NCBI GenBank assembly: GCA_025340205.1
Contig: CP006868.1
Location: 510,001 to 542,000, forward strand
Direction of reading: 5' to 3'
DNA: 32,000 nucleotides
Source: Ignicoccus pacificus DSM 13166
Lineage (GTDB): Archaea; Thermoproteota; Thermoprotei_A; Sulfolobales; Ignicoccaceae
The notes under the pieces were generated by a model. That model saw nothing but the letters and a program-made list of their open reading frames with translations. It did no database searches and was not told the DNA's origin. Both the position numbers and the translations under genes were made by a program. Shown here piece after piece: positions 9,447 to 17,744 of the stretch (position 1 is the first letter of the stretch; every line of letters starts with the position of its first letter).

Positions 9447-9456
9447 GCTATAAAAG
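9447..9456 (-). promoter_or_regulatory. TATA box of the giant gene (leaderless-type spacing)
   Basis: The minus strand reads CTTTTATAG, with the TTTATA core at plus-strand positions 9449..9454. Its 3' edge is about 26 nt upstream of the GTG start at 9422, the classic archaeal TATA-to-TSS distance, which implies a leaderless or near-leaderless mRNA. Confidence 0.5.
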
Positions 9457-9548
9457 AGATTGTTTGTTCAAAGCCATGAACAGCCCAAAAGGACTTTTCA
9501 GTAAAGTTCTCTTTTTGACAATAATAAAATTATCGTAAATGCACCTAG

Positions 9549-10052
9549 TTAACGCACTTGTGTCATCCAAGTATTTATATTCCTTACTTTACTCGGACCA
9601 AAGAACTCTATTTTACCGAACTTGGAAATAGGAACGTTCAATTGAGCTACTATTACATCCCCTGTGCTTAAACAGTAAGTTTTGTTGAACTCCTTTAATA
9701 CTATTACGTTTCCCAATAGGTCCTTCACGATCACTCCTTTCACGCAACCGCTTCCGAGTAAGACTTTTCCTACCACGGTTACGTTGCCCGAGCTTGGTAC
9801 TAAGATAACCTTATACCTCTGTTGAAATACTATAACCTTATTATTAATGATCATGATTGATGCCCCTTTAGAATAGACTGAGCTCAATAACGGGAGGGTA
9901 GTAGACTTAGCTATCGTTTCTATACTAATTATAATCATCCTGGTATCAGTATTAGGTTTTGCTCTCAAGAGCCAGCCCATCAATATCGTAGCTGCTACAA
10001 TCACCCCGCTCATGAGCAACAACACCTCAAGGGTCGCTATCCCTCTTCTCAA
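9549..10052 (-). CDS. Type IV pilin-like protein (167 aa) with a class III signal peptide
   Basis: A TTG start overlaps the upstream stop (T-TGA). The N-terminus MRRG followed by IATLEVLLLMSGVIVAATILMGWLL fits the prepilin peptidase motif [KR]G[ALIV..] followed by a hydrophobic helix. The remainder is beta-rich. Confidence 0.75.
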   Translation of the reverse strand: MRRGIATLEVLLLMSGVIVAATILMGWLLRAKPNTDTRMIIISIETIAKSTTLPLLSSVYSKGASIMIINNKVIVFQQRYKVILVPSSGNVTVVGKVLLGSGCVKGVIVKDLLGNVIVLKEFNKTYCLSTGDVIVAQLNVPISKFGKIEFFGPSKVRNINTWMTQVR

Positions 10053-10714
10053 CCTATCACCCCTGTCATGCTATAGTAATAGACCGGGTTTCGGTCGTAA
10101 AACACCATAAGGGGAACTTGAGTCGTTATCGTGGTTACATATGTCGACGAGGTTAGGGTTAAGGTGACCGTGGTACTGCTGGTACTAACCACCTCTGGCA
10201 AAGCGAATGCTATCACGAACTTACCGTAATTAGTAGTTACGGTACAAGAGGGGAAATAAGCAGTTATTACCATAGTTAGATACGTACTAGCTACTGACAC
10301 TGTAGTGAAGTTTACAGATATGGAGGGTGCTACGCAAGACGCTACTCCCTTGTCGAGCAAGTAGACTGCTTCTGGAACGACTTCTCCCGCCTTGCCGAAG
10401 TAAGGCAATTGAAAGGTGCATGATAATGCCGTGGTCAAGTTAGTACATATAAAGCTAGGCGCGTTGCTGGTCACTCCCACGAAGAGCTCGGATATTCTTT
10501 CCCAAATATCGAGCATCATCAAGTATTTGGAGACAGTATCCGAAAGTTGTTGTACCGAATGAAACATAGGTAGTAAGTAGCTTGTGCTCAAGCCAAGCAC
10601 TATCGCTAAAAGCATCAATGCTCCTAACAGTTCCGCCCCTCCTCTTCTTGCCGCGATTCCTTTCCCCCTTTCAAGAGCACACCTTGCCCTTTTGAACGTG
10701 TATTGCTGACCCAT
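10049..10714 (-). CDS. Type IV pilin-like protein (221 aa), first gene of the operon
   Basis: The segment ...GKGIAARRGG followed by AELLGALMLLAIVLGLSTSYLL is a charged region plus GG plus a hydrophobic helix. The C-terminal part is Ser/Thr/Val-rich (STSSTTVTLTLTSSTYVTTITTQ). The start is uncertain because the pre-helix leader is long. Confidence 0.7.
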   Translation of the reverse strand: MGQQYTFKRARCALERGKGIAARRGGAELLGALMLLAIVLGLSTSYLLPMFHSVQQLSDTVSKYLMMLDIWERISELFVGVTSNAPSFICTNLTTALSCTFQLPYFGKAGEVVPEAVYLLDKGVASCVAPSISVNFTTVSVASTYLTMVITAYFPSCTVTTNYGKFVIAFALPEVVSTSSTTVTLTLTSSTYVTTITTQVPLMVFYDRNPVYYYSMTGVIG

Positions 10715-10796
10715 CTCCGGATAGGTAATTATTAGAGATTACGCTTTACCCCCTTTTAAGGTTACCGGTCTTACTATACTGAAGTGGTGGACGAGC
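10715..10796. promoter_or_regulatory. Divergent promoter region between the pilin-like operon and the RHH regulator gene
   Basis: This is an 82-bp spacer. AATTATTAGA (about 10727..10740) lies roughly 15-25 nt from the minus-strand ATG at 10714. CCTTTTAAGG and CTTACTATAC (about 10760..10780) lie roughly 17-37 nt upstream of the plus-strand ATG at 10797. Confidence 0.4.
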
Positions 10797-10988
10797 ATGA
10801 GGCTGGTAACAGTCAAGATGCCCGAGGCGTATGTTGAAGCAATAGATGAGCTGGTTAGGAAGGGGAGGTTCACTTCCAGAAGCGAGGCGATAAGGGTCGC
10901 AATAAGGGAATTGCTGAGAAAGGAGCTGTGGGTAAGGGAGATCCCCAGCTCCGAGGAAGAGGAGGAGGACTTCATCGACGAGCTTTGA
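10797..10988 (+). CDS. Ribbon-helix-helix (CopG/NikR-N-like) transcriptional regulator with an acidic tail
   Basis: [43 protein letters not shown] is a textbook RHH_1 pattern (beta strand, helix, xSRSExIRxAIRxxL). The C-terminus is [13 protein letters not shown]. Confidence 0.85.
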   Translation: MRLVTVKMPEAYVEAIDELVRKGRFTSRSEAIRVAIRELLRKELWVREIPSSEEEEEDFIDEL

Positions 10989-11721
10989 GCTCCCTCCCCT
11001 TCCTTCCCAGAACCTCGCTCACCTTTCCGAAAACGCCAGCGCTTTCTAACTCGGTAGTTATGGTCACCGTAATTCCTCCGGGCGTCTCGACCCTCGCCCT
11101 CAAGCTCAGCGGATCTTGTTTGTTAAGCATTTCCAACGTCCCAATTATAGACTCCTTAGCCGCCTCCTCTGCTATTTCCCTAGGAACTCCCGCGTAGACC
11201 ATGGCCTCTACGAGGGATAGGTAATAGAGGGCGTGAACCGCTGGCCCGGAACCTACTACGGGTAGCGCAGCGTCTAGAACGGCTTCCGAAGACCATATTG
11301 GCTTTCCGAGGATCTTGAGCAACTCCTCGACCTTATCATCAGCACATCCTCCCCTCTCGGCTACCATTATAGGAGATCTCCTCACCTCGACCGTTACTGA
11401 AGGCATTATTCTATAAGCGCACTTCACGTACTCCTTTATCTTCTTCAAGGGGTATAGGGCGGCTGTGGATACCACGGGCTTCTCCACTCCCTTTATCTTG
11501 CTTAGCACGACGTCCATCGCCGAGGGCTCCACGGCCACTATTATCAGATCGCCGAAGGAAGCACAATCTTCAATTGGAACTACCTCGTAGCCGTCCTCCC
11601 TAGCCCACTGGTCGGTGGGGGGCAAGGTGCTTACCTTAACTTGAGCCCTTCCCTTGAGACCCCTTCCTATAGCTGAGCCAAGCCTTCCGTACCCGATTAA
11701 ACATACCTTCAAGCTGGACAC
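10972..11721 (-). CDS. proC: Pyrroline-5-carboxylate reductase
   Basis: An N-terminal Rossmann GxGxxG ([13 protein letters not shown]) is followed by [38 protein letters not shown] and VETPGGITV (the SPGGTT-type motif) in ProC order. Confidence 0.8.
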   Translation of the reverse strand: MSSLKVCLIGYGRLGSAIGRGLKGRAQVKVSTLPPTDQWAREDGYEVVPIEDCASFGDLIIVAVEPSAMDVVLSKIKGVEKPVVSTAALYPLKKIKEYVKCAYRIMPSVTVEVRRSPIMVAERGGCADDKVEELLKILGKPIWSSEAVLDAALPVVGSGPAVHALYYLSLVEAMVYAGVPREIAEEAAKESIIGTLEMLNKQDPLSLRARVETPGGITVTITTELESAGVFGKVSEVLGRKGRELKARR

Positions 11722-11747
11722 CGAAGGAAATGCCTTAGGGATGGGTT

Positions 11748-12947
11748 TTAGGCGAGCCTCTCCTTAAGGAACTTCTCCCTCTCCCTCACGTATCGCAATA
11801 GGGCCTCGACGTCCACCTCCTTCCTTATCCCCTCTACAGCCCTCTTGGAGTGAGTGTAGGGGGATTCCCTAAAGGTGACTTCCAATTCCTTTCCTTCCAA
11901 GAATACTCCCTTCCCATCCTCAACTCTTCCTATCTCGATTGTTCCTTCAGGACACTTGGAGGAAATGAAAACTATTGAATCTACGCTGGTCCTCAAGGGA
12001 TCGAGGTTCAGCTCCTCCAGCGCTTTCAAGAGCTTAGGATGGACGGCTTTGTATACAGAATCGTAAAGTATTACTTTAACCCCTTTGACCTCGCTTATCT
12101 CATGAGCGTCTAAGACTATTCCCCCGTTGGTCCAGTCGAACGCTCCCTTTACCTCCTCCACTTTGAAAGCTTTCCTTATCTCCTTACAGAAGTCCAAGTT
12201 TACGGTGAGGTCCGCCAGCTCCTCAAGGCCATGATAAAGTGCTATCGCTGTAACCGTTCCACCTCCTTTGCCCACAGTAGAACACAGGAGGTCTCCCGGC
12301 TCGACGTTGAATCTATTCCATTCCCTAATCCCTTTCCCTACGGCAAAGCTTCCCCCGGTTACCCTCTCCCCCCACACCACATCCCCTCCTATCCTCAGAG
12401 TGCTTCCTCCAGCGAACCTTGCTCCGCATCCCTCGCTCGCTACCTTGGCCCCGACGCTTACGTCTAACACGTAGCTGATATCAGTATCATCCGCTACGTG
12501 GACGTCTATCAAGGTAGCTAATGGATCCCCACCGGCTACCATCACATCTCTCATGGCCGCCCTCGTCGCGTGGAAGCCCATGAGCAAGGGGACCTCGTTG
12601 AGCCTCGAGTGGAAGCCATCGGCTGCCAATACTAGGTCCCCTATCGTGAAGGCATCTCCGGGAGAGGAGAGGCTGGTTAAGGCCTCGTGAACCCTCTGAT
12701 CCCCGAGGCCCCTAGACCCTAGGCCCCCTTCCCCTGCCCTTACTCCTATTTTCAGGGGCTTGTACTCGCTCAAGCTTTTAGTGGAAACTATTGCGTCCTT
12801 GACCGCTCCCTCAGCTATCCTTAGGGACTCCTCCTTTCCCCATCCCTTCCTTACGGATGCCAAGAAGGCTATTAGCAGTTCAACTTGCTCCTCTTTGAAG
12901 CCCTTTCCCATCAAAAACTTGGCTAGGTCTTCTACGTCCATCCTCAC
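11748..12947 (-). CDS. AIR synthase-related protein (PurM/ThiL/HypE superfamily; selenophosphate-synthetase-related group)
   Basis: PurM-fold motifs are present: LVLAADGFHS, ATRAAMRDVMVAGGDPLATLIDVHVADD and a C-terminal GGGT-containing half. At 399 aa it has an extra N-terminal helical region. The start overlaps the argS stop by 4 nt. Confidence 0.65.
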   Translation of the reverse strand: MRMDVEDLAKFLMGKGFKEEQVELLIAFLASVRKGWGKEESLRIAEGAVKDAIVSTKSLSEYKPLKIGVRAGEGGLGSRGLGDQRVHEALTSLSSPGDAFTIGDLVLAADGFHSRLNEVPLLMGFHATRAAMRDVMVAGGDPLATLIDVHVADDTDISYVLDVSVGAKVASEGCGARFAGGSTLRIGGDVVWGERVTGGSFAVGKGIREWNRFNVEPGDLLCSTVGKGGGTVTAIALYHGLEELADLTVNLDFCKEIRKAFKVEEVKGAFDWTNGGIVLDAHEISEVKGVKVILYDSVYKAVHPKLLKALEELNLDPLRTSVDSIVFISSKCPEGTIEIGRVEDGKGVFLEGKELEVTFRESPYTHSKRAVEGIRKEVDVEALLRYVREREKFLKERLA

Positions 12948-14809
12948 ATCCTCTCCGGGGCCTCTATTCCTAAGAGGTCTAGGCCCCTCCTCAAGGTGTT
13001 AGCTACAGCCTTAACCATAGCTAGCTTTAGTTGCTTGTACCCTTCGTCGGGCTCCTTGCTGACGGGGTGTTCGTGGTAGAACTTGTTGAAGAGGTCCGAA
13101 AGCTCGCTCAAGTAGACGGCTATCTTCTCGGGAGCTAGGTCTTCTGCGGCCTTTCTGGTAACTTCCGGAAACTCCCCTATCTTGAGGATCAATTCCCTAT
13201 GGGCCTCCGCCTTGCTGAAGTCAGCCTTATCTAGGTTTACTTCCTCGTTGGCCTTTCTCAGTATTCCCACCGCTCTGGCGTGGGTATACTGTATGTAGGG
13301 AGCGGAGGACCTCTCGAAGTTGAGCACCTCGTTCCACTTGAAGGTTATTGGCTTATCCTTAGAAACTGAGACCATGGCGTACTTTATCGCTCCTACCGCC
13401 ACGACCCTGGCTATCTTTTCCCTCTCCTCGCCTTGGAGCACGCTCCTCTCCTCTACCAAAGGCTTCACCCTCTTTATTGCCTCATCCACGAGCCAGTCCA
13501 ACGTGATCATCCTTCCCCTTCTCCCGCTCATCTTCATTCCAGGAATATTGACCATTTCGTAAGCATAGTGGATCAAGTTCTCCGCATACCTCTTATAGCC
13601 CAGAGCCCACAGAGCCAGCCTGAGCTGGGCTTGAGGAAGCCTCTGCTCGGTCGCTATTACGTTGATTACTTCATCTGCGTTGAACTCCTCGAACTTCTTT
13701 ATTGTGTAAGCTATATCTCTAGTTGTATACAAGGTGGTTCCGTCACTCCTCACCAAGACGAGCGGAGGTATTTCCAGGCCCTTGGGTATTCTAAGCCTCT
13801 CCCTAATTTCATCATTTAAGAAGTTGAACTCTATTACCAAGGCTCCGTCCTTTACCTTAGCTATTCCTAACTCCTTAGCCTTCTTCAGTATCATATCAAC
13901 CATTCCGCTCCAGACGAGCTCGCTCTCCCAGTCCCAGACGTCGTGCCTTACCCCAACAACTTCCATGCTCTCCTTGAATCCATCAATTACCTTGTTGACC
14001 ACAGTTCTGAACGCTTTTACCGCCTCTTCCTCCTTGTTTTCATATCTCTTCATTAGATCTGATATCTCCTTGTTTATCTCCTCGTAGCTCTTGTCCTTTA
14101 ACTTCTCCTCTAGCTCCTTCACGATTTCCGGATATTTGCTCCTCAGCTCCTCCAGTATTGGAACCCACTCGTCCCTTTCCGGGCCCTTGCTCTCTATTAC
14201 AGCATTGGCGACGCTGTAAACTATTCCGTACCAATGGTCCGGCTTCTGTTCCTCGGGAGGGAGGAGCCTTCCCATCTTGAGGAGGGCATATACTAAGACG
14301 GTGACTTGCCTTCCGACGTCGTTCACGTAGAACCTGGTTTGAACTTCGTTTCCATAATTCTTCAGGATTTTAGCTAAGGAATCCCCCAGGAACATGTTCC
14401 TTACGTGACCTATGTGGAGGGGATGGACGGGATTAGCGCTCGTGTGCTCCACCACCCTCCTTCCGGGAACGTTCCAAGTTCCGTAGTCCTCCTTGATCGC
14501 TTCCTCCAAGAGCCTTTTGGCTATTTCATTTACGTCTACGAATGCATTGAGGTACCCTCCTACCGCCTTTAGCTCCTTCACCCCCTTTACCTTTATCTTC
14601 TCCGATAGTTCCTTTACCAAGTCGTAAGGTTTCATCTTTAGCATCTTGGCGTACTTGAAGAGGGGAACTCCCCAGTCTCCCAGCTCCGGGGAGGGGGGAG
14701 GCGCTAGAGACCTCAGCAGCTCCAGCTCGTCCGCCTCAACACCCTTTTCCTTTAGAGCCTCTTTTACCTTCTTTATGAACTCATTCTTCAAGTCCACGAG
14801 AGCGTACAC
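12944..14809 (-). CDS. argS: Arginine--tRNA ligase
   Basis: The class I HIGH motif is present (SANPVHPLHIGHVRN). Length is 621 aa. A C-terminal anticodon-binding (DALR-type) region ends in ...LGIEAPERM, which is the typical ArgS C-terminus. The start is GTG. Confidence 0.93.
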   Translation of the reverse strand: MYALVDLKNEFIKKVKEALKEKGVEADELELLRSLAPPPSPELGDWGVPLFKYAKMLKMKPYDLVKELSEKIKVKGVKELKAVGGYLNAFVDVNEIAKRLLEEAIKEDYGTWNVPGRRVVEHTSANPVHPLHIGHVRNMFLGDSLAKILKNYGNEVQTRFYVNDVGRQVTVLVYALLKMGRLLPPEEQKPDHWYGIVYSVANAVIESKGPERDEWVPILEELRSKYPEIVKELEEKLKDKSYEEINKEISDLMKRYENKEEEAVKAFRTVVNKVIDGFKESMEVVGVRHDVWDWESELVWSGMVDMILKKAKELGIAKVKDGALVIEFNFLNDEIRERLRIPKGLEIPPLVLVRSDGTTLYTTRDIAYTIKKFEEFNADEVINVIATEQRLPQAQLRLALWALGYKRYAENLIHYAYEMVNIPGMKMSGRRGRMITLDWLVDEAIKRVKPLVEERSVLQGEEREKIARVVAVGAIKYAMVSVSKDKPITFKWNEVLNFERSSAPYIQYTHARAVGILRKANEEVNLDKADFSKAEAHRELILKIGEFPEVTRKAAEDLAPEKIAVYLSELSDLFNKFYHEHPVSKEPDEGYKQLKLAMVKAVANTLRRGLDLLGIEAPERM

Positions 14810-14973
14810 TTCTCTTGACCCCCTTAGGGGAGGGAGGGGAGCAAAATCAGCATCTCTGTCAGATGTTGGAAGAGAGTAGAGGAGATTGTCTATAGATAAA
14901 AACTACGAGTGTTGCTTGCTGGTCGAATGGGGCAAAAACATGTTAACCCCTAGTCAACAAGCTATCGATCTTG

Positions 14974-17295
14974 TCACCTCCTGCGATGCCTCCAGATCAT
15001 GTGGAACGCTAGAGGTGCCAACAGAAACGGAGCAGGTACGCACTTACAAATGGCTTCCTCGTTGTTAACCTTGTACACAACCACCTCTCCCTTACTAGCG
15101 GCTAGAACGTAGCCGTTCTTCCAATCCACAGAAACGGGGGCTCCGCTCAAAGAGTCCGTGAACACGAACTTCTTACTTCCCAAGCTATAAATTAACAGTT
15201 TGGTGTTGCTCTCACTTTTAGTGAGGAAGGCAATCGAACTACAATCGGGGGAGAAAGTCATGTCGATTACATTAGTTAAGCTGGGAAGTTCGTACTCTGA
15301 TTGTGTTCCGTTGAAGTAATACAGAACGACTTCTCCCGAGGGATACGCTGCAACCAAATATATTCTGTTAGCAACATCGCTTACTATGGCAGCAGCCGTC
15401 ATCGTTCCTTGAACGTTAAGCGTTTCGCGCTTTGTGCAAAGTGCAAGCTTAGCATCCTCAACCTCGCCTTTAACGCTGTCGTGGGGTGTGAAGGAAACTA
15501 TCGTCTTAACACCATCAAACGCTACTTCCTTCACCTCTATCTTCCCGTTGTCGGCGACAGCTACGTAAGCTGAGGAGAGAGTAGGTAGCGTGTTTGACTT
15601 AGCGAGCTCGTCGTAGTTTATTGGGACGCTGGACGCTATATACTTCCCCGTACCTACGGGGTACGGTTTATAGTAACTGTCCGTGCTGGGGTCATCGAAA
15701 TACACCACGCATCTTTGAGTCCCTTGCGGCGCTGAGGCAGTGTCTGTAAAACACTCGCCCCAAGCGGTGTAGTACTTTACAGAGCCCTTCTCATTTACCT
15801 CAAAAGTACCTATGTAGGTGAAGTCCGTGAGAGATTCAGCGTCAACGTCAGCCTTCCACTGAACGGAGGGTGAGTCTATCAGCTTGACCTCAGTGCCCTT
15901 TAATTGATCATCTATTACTTTATAGACGTAGAACATACCGTTGTAATAACCTATCATGAAACCGCAACCGCATGGACTACTGGATATACCGAAGGGCACT
16001 AAATTAGGGGTGATATAGGAGGATATGCTATTACTTATTTGCGGTACAGCCGATTTGAAGAACGGTTTGTTATCGCCTATCTTGTACACACTCAAGCTAT
16101 CAGCGCCGTTGATGCTAGTGAACGCGTAGAACTTATCGCAACCCAACGACGCTCCAACGATTCCACCAAGGCTCAGCTCGCTTACTCTGCTGAAAGTTGG
16201 TTCAGCTGAGAGTAGGGGTGCGTCGAAGTACTGTACGGGAGGTGGCGTGGAAGTTGTGGTTGTTGTTTGGGGGACTTCTGTTTGTGTTATTACAGTTGTT
16301 TGAATTATTTCTGTCTCTGATGATGTGTTTGATGTTATATTTGGTGGTTGATATCCCTCTACCTTGAGCATAATTACAGTACCATTATTTGTACCGATAG
16401 CTATCCTATCTCTCCACCAAGCTACTGACCAAACATAATCCCCAAATTGTTTCTCCAAAACTTGCCTTCCGGTTGCCACGTCGAAAATATGAATCTTTTT
16501 ATCATTTACATCAGAACTTGCCAAGTATTTACAATCCGGAGAGAAGGCAATATTATACGCTCCTGCGCAACCCCCTCCGTAGCAACTGTTTGCTATTCCA
16601 TCGACACCCCATAACAACCTTGGGTCGTAAGGATAACTTATATCGTAAAGGTAAACGTTGTGAGCTGCTCCAAGAGCAAGGTAATTTCCGCAGACCTGTG
16701 CATCCCAAATTCTTTTAAAGAACTTTATTGTCTTCACTTCTCTTCCATCTGAGAGTTCGAGAATGGTTAGGGCCCCCTCCTCCCAAGAGGGCCAATCCCA
16801 CCTTGGAACATAAACATAATTCCCGTAAACAGCTGGACCGTTGCTAACCCGCTCCAACTTCATCTTCCACTTCTCATTCCCTTTAGGATCAAGGTAAACT
16901 ATATTAGCGTAACCAAGTAGGAAACCGTCCTTAAGCATGCTGATTGCTTGATCGGCATAGTAATCATACCTAACACTTATCTTATCCCATTCTTGCGTTT
17001 CGATATCGTAGATATAGATGTATTCATAGTAGGCAATAAGAGAATTGATAAATCCAAATTTACCACAACAGTATGAAACATCGTTTATCCTTAGACCTTC
17101 ACACTCTTTACTAATCAAGTTTCCATTGGTATCAAAGACATACGCACAACGACCTCCGGAAGCAATCCCTAAATAACCATCATCAGAGAAGGCCAAACCT
17201 CTAACGCTACCTCCGGTCTCATACCTCCAAAGTGGGGCTAACGAGAGAGCCAGTAACCACCCTGAAAGGAGTAAAAACGCTAAAGCAGTCCTCAC
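14974..17295 (-). CDS. Secreted two-lobed beta-propeller (WD40/PQQ-like repeat) surface protein with a Thr-rich linker and a C-terminal membrane anchor
   Basis: The signal peptide is MRTALAFLLLSGWLLALSLAP. Repeated segments of the type G..v..iafSpDg.yla are seen (LAFSDDGYLGIAS, IAFSPDCKYLASS, MTFSPDCSSIAFL). The linker is TSNTSSETEIIQTTVITQTEVPQTTTTTSTPPP. The C-terminus is VPAPFLLAPLAFHMIW followed by RHRRR. Confidence 0.8.
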   Translation of the reverse strand: MRTALAFLLLSGWLLALSLAPLWRYETGGSVRGLAFSDDGYLGIASGGRCAYVFDTNGNLISKECEGLRINDVSYCCGKFGFINSLIAYYEYIYIYDIETQEWDKISVRYDYYADQAISMLKDGFLLGYANIVYLDPKGNEKWKMKLERVSNGPAVYGNYVYVPRWDWPSWEEGALTILELSDGREVKTIKFFKRIWDAQVCGNYLALGAAHNVYLYDISYPYDPRLLWGVDGIANSCYGGGCAGAYNIAFSPDCKYLASSDVNDKKIHIFDVATGRQVLEKQFGDYVWSVAWWRDRIAIGTNNGTVIMLKVEGYQPPNITSNTSSETEIIQTTVITQTEVPQTTTTTSTPPPVQYFDAPLLSAEPTFSRVSELSLGGIVGASLGCDKFYAFTSINGADSLSVYKIGDNKPFFKSAVPQISNSISSYITPNLVPFGISSSPCGCGFMIGYYNGMFYVYKVIDDQLKGTEVKLIDSPSVQWKADVDAESLTDFTYIGTFEVNEKGSVKYYTAWGECFTDTASAPQGTQRCVVYFDDPSTDSYYKPYPVGTGKYIASSVPINYDELAKSNTLPTLSSAYVAVADNGKIEVKEVAFDGVKTIVSFTPHDSVKGEVEDAKLALCTKRETLNVQGTMTAAAIVSDVANRIYLVAAYPSGEVVLYYFNGTQSEYELPSLTNVIDMTFSPDCSSIAFLTKSESNTKLLIYSLGSKKFVFTDSLSGAPVSVDWKNGYVLAASKGEVVVYKVNNEEAICKCVPAPFLLAPLAFHMIWRHRRR
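16238..16348 (-). repeat. Low-complexity Thr/Ser/Pro-rich linker coding segment
   Basis: The plus strand is G/T-rich (ggaagttgtggttgttgtttggggg...), encoding ...QTTTTTSTPPP... on the minus strand. Confidence 0.7.
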
Positions 17296-17744
17296 TTTCT
17301 CCCCACTCTAGATTAGTACGGAAAGACCTTTCTCCTTTTCCTTAGTCAATCCGTCAGTTTTCTAGAGATTAACACAGACGATCGTATTATCACTTCTTCT
17401 ACATTGAAAGCAATATAATATTTGATATCTTTTTAGTCTTAGAAAACTGTCTTACAAAGATCTCTGGAATAACTTAACTATAGTCCAAGCATCTGATATT
17501 CTATAGGCGTTCCTTTGATATAATGTTATCAAATATACTTATCGATAGAACATCAAATAATTGTTAATGAGATTCTTACTGCTTATCTCCACGTACTAAC
17601 ACTTCATTTTCCTAGGATTCTCACAGACTTCTCGAAAATAGATGCGTTCATGCCCAGTCTCTATTAAAAACACCTAAATTTTAATAATCCCAGTCTCTTA
17701 CAGCTCGGCACAAGAAAAGAAAAAGTACAATTACTTAGAGTTTA

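Noticed and set aside
10739-11197. A Ser-rich 78-aa minus-strand ORF (10739..10975) and an 89-aa plus-strand ORF (10928..11197).
   Set aside because: The first is the antisense shadow of the well-supported RHH gene; the poly-Ser mirrors its poly-Glu tail. The second is antisense to proC.
11875-14879. Plus-strand ORFs antisense to the AIR-synthase-like gene and argS (11875..12066, 12231..12474, 12760..13002, 13320..14087, 14646..14879) and the minus-strand off-frame ORF at 14040..14234.
   Set aside because: They are embedded in strongly supported minus-strand genes, and their translations are Ser/Pro/Leu-rich shadows.
14886-16718. Plus-strand ORFs 14886..15068, 15301..15573 and 16473..16718.
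   Set aside because: They overlap the beta-propeller gene on the opposite strand and have no protein-like features.
17514-17533. Inverted repeat TTTGATA-N6-TATCAAA in the AT-rich spacer.
   Set aside because: A 7-bp A/T palindrome is expected by chance in DNA this AT-rich. It has no positional relation to a start codon or a TATA box.
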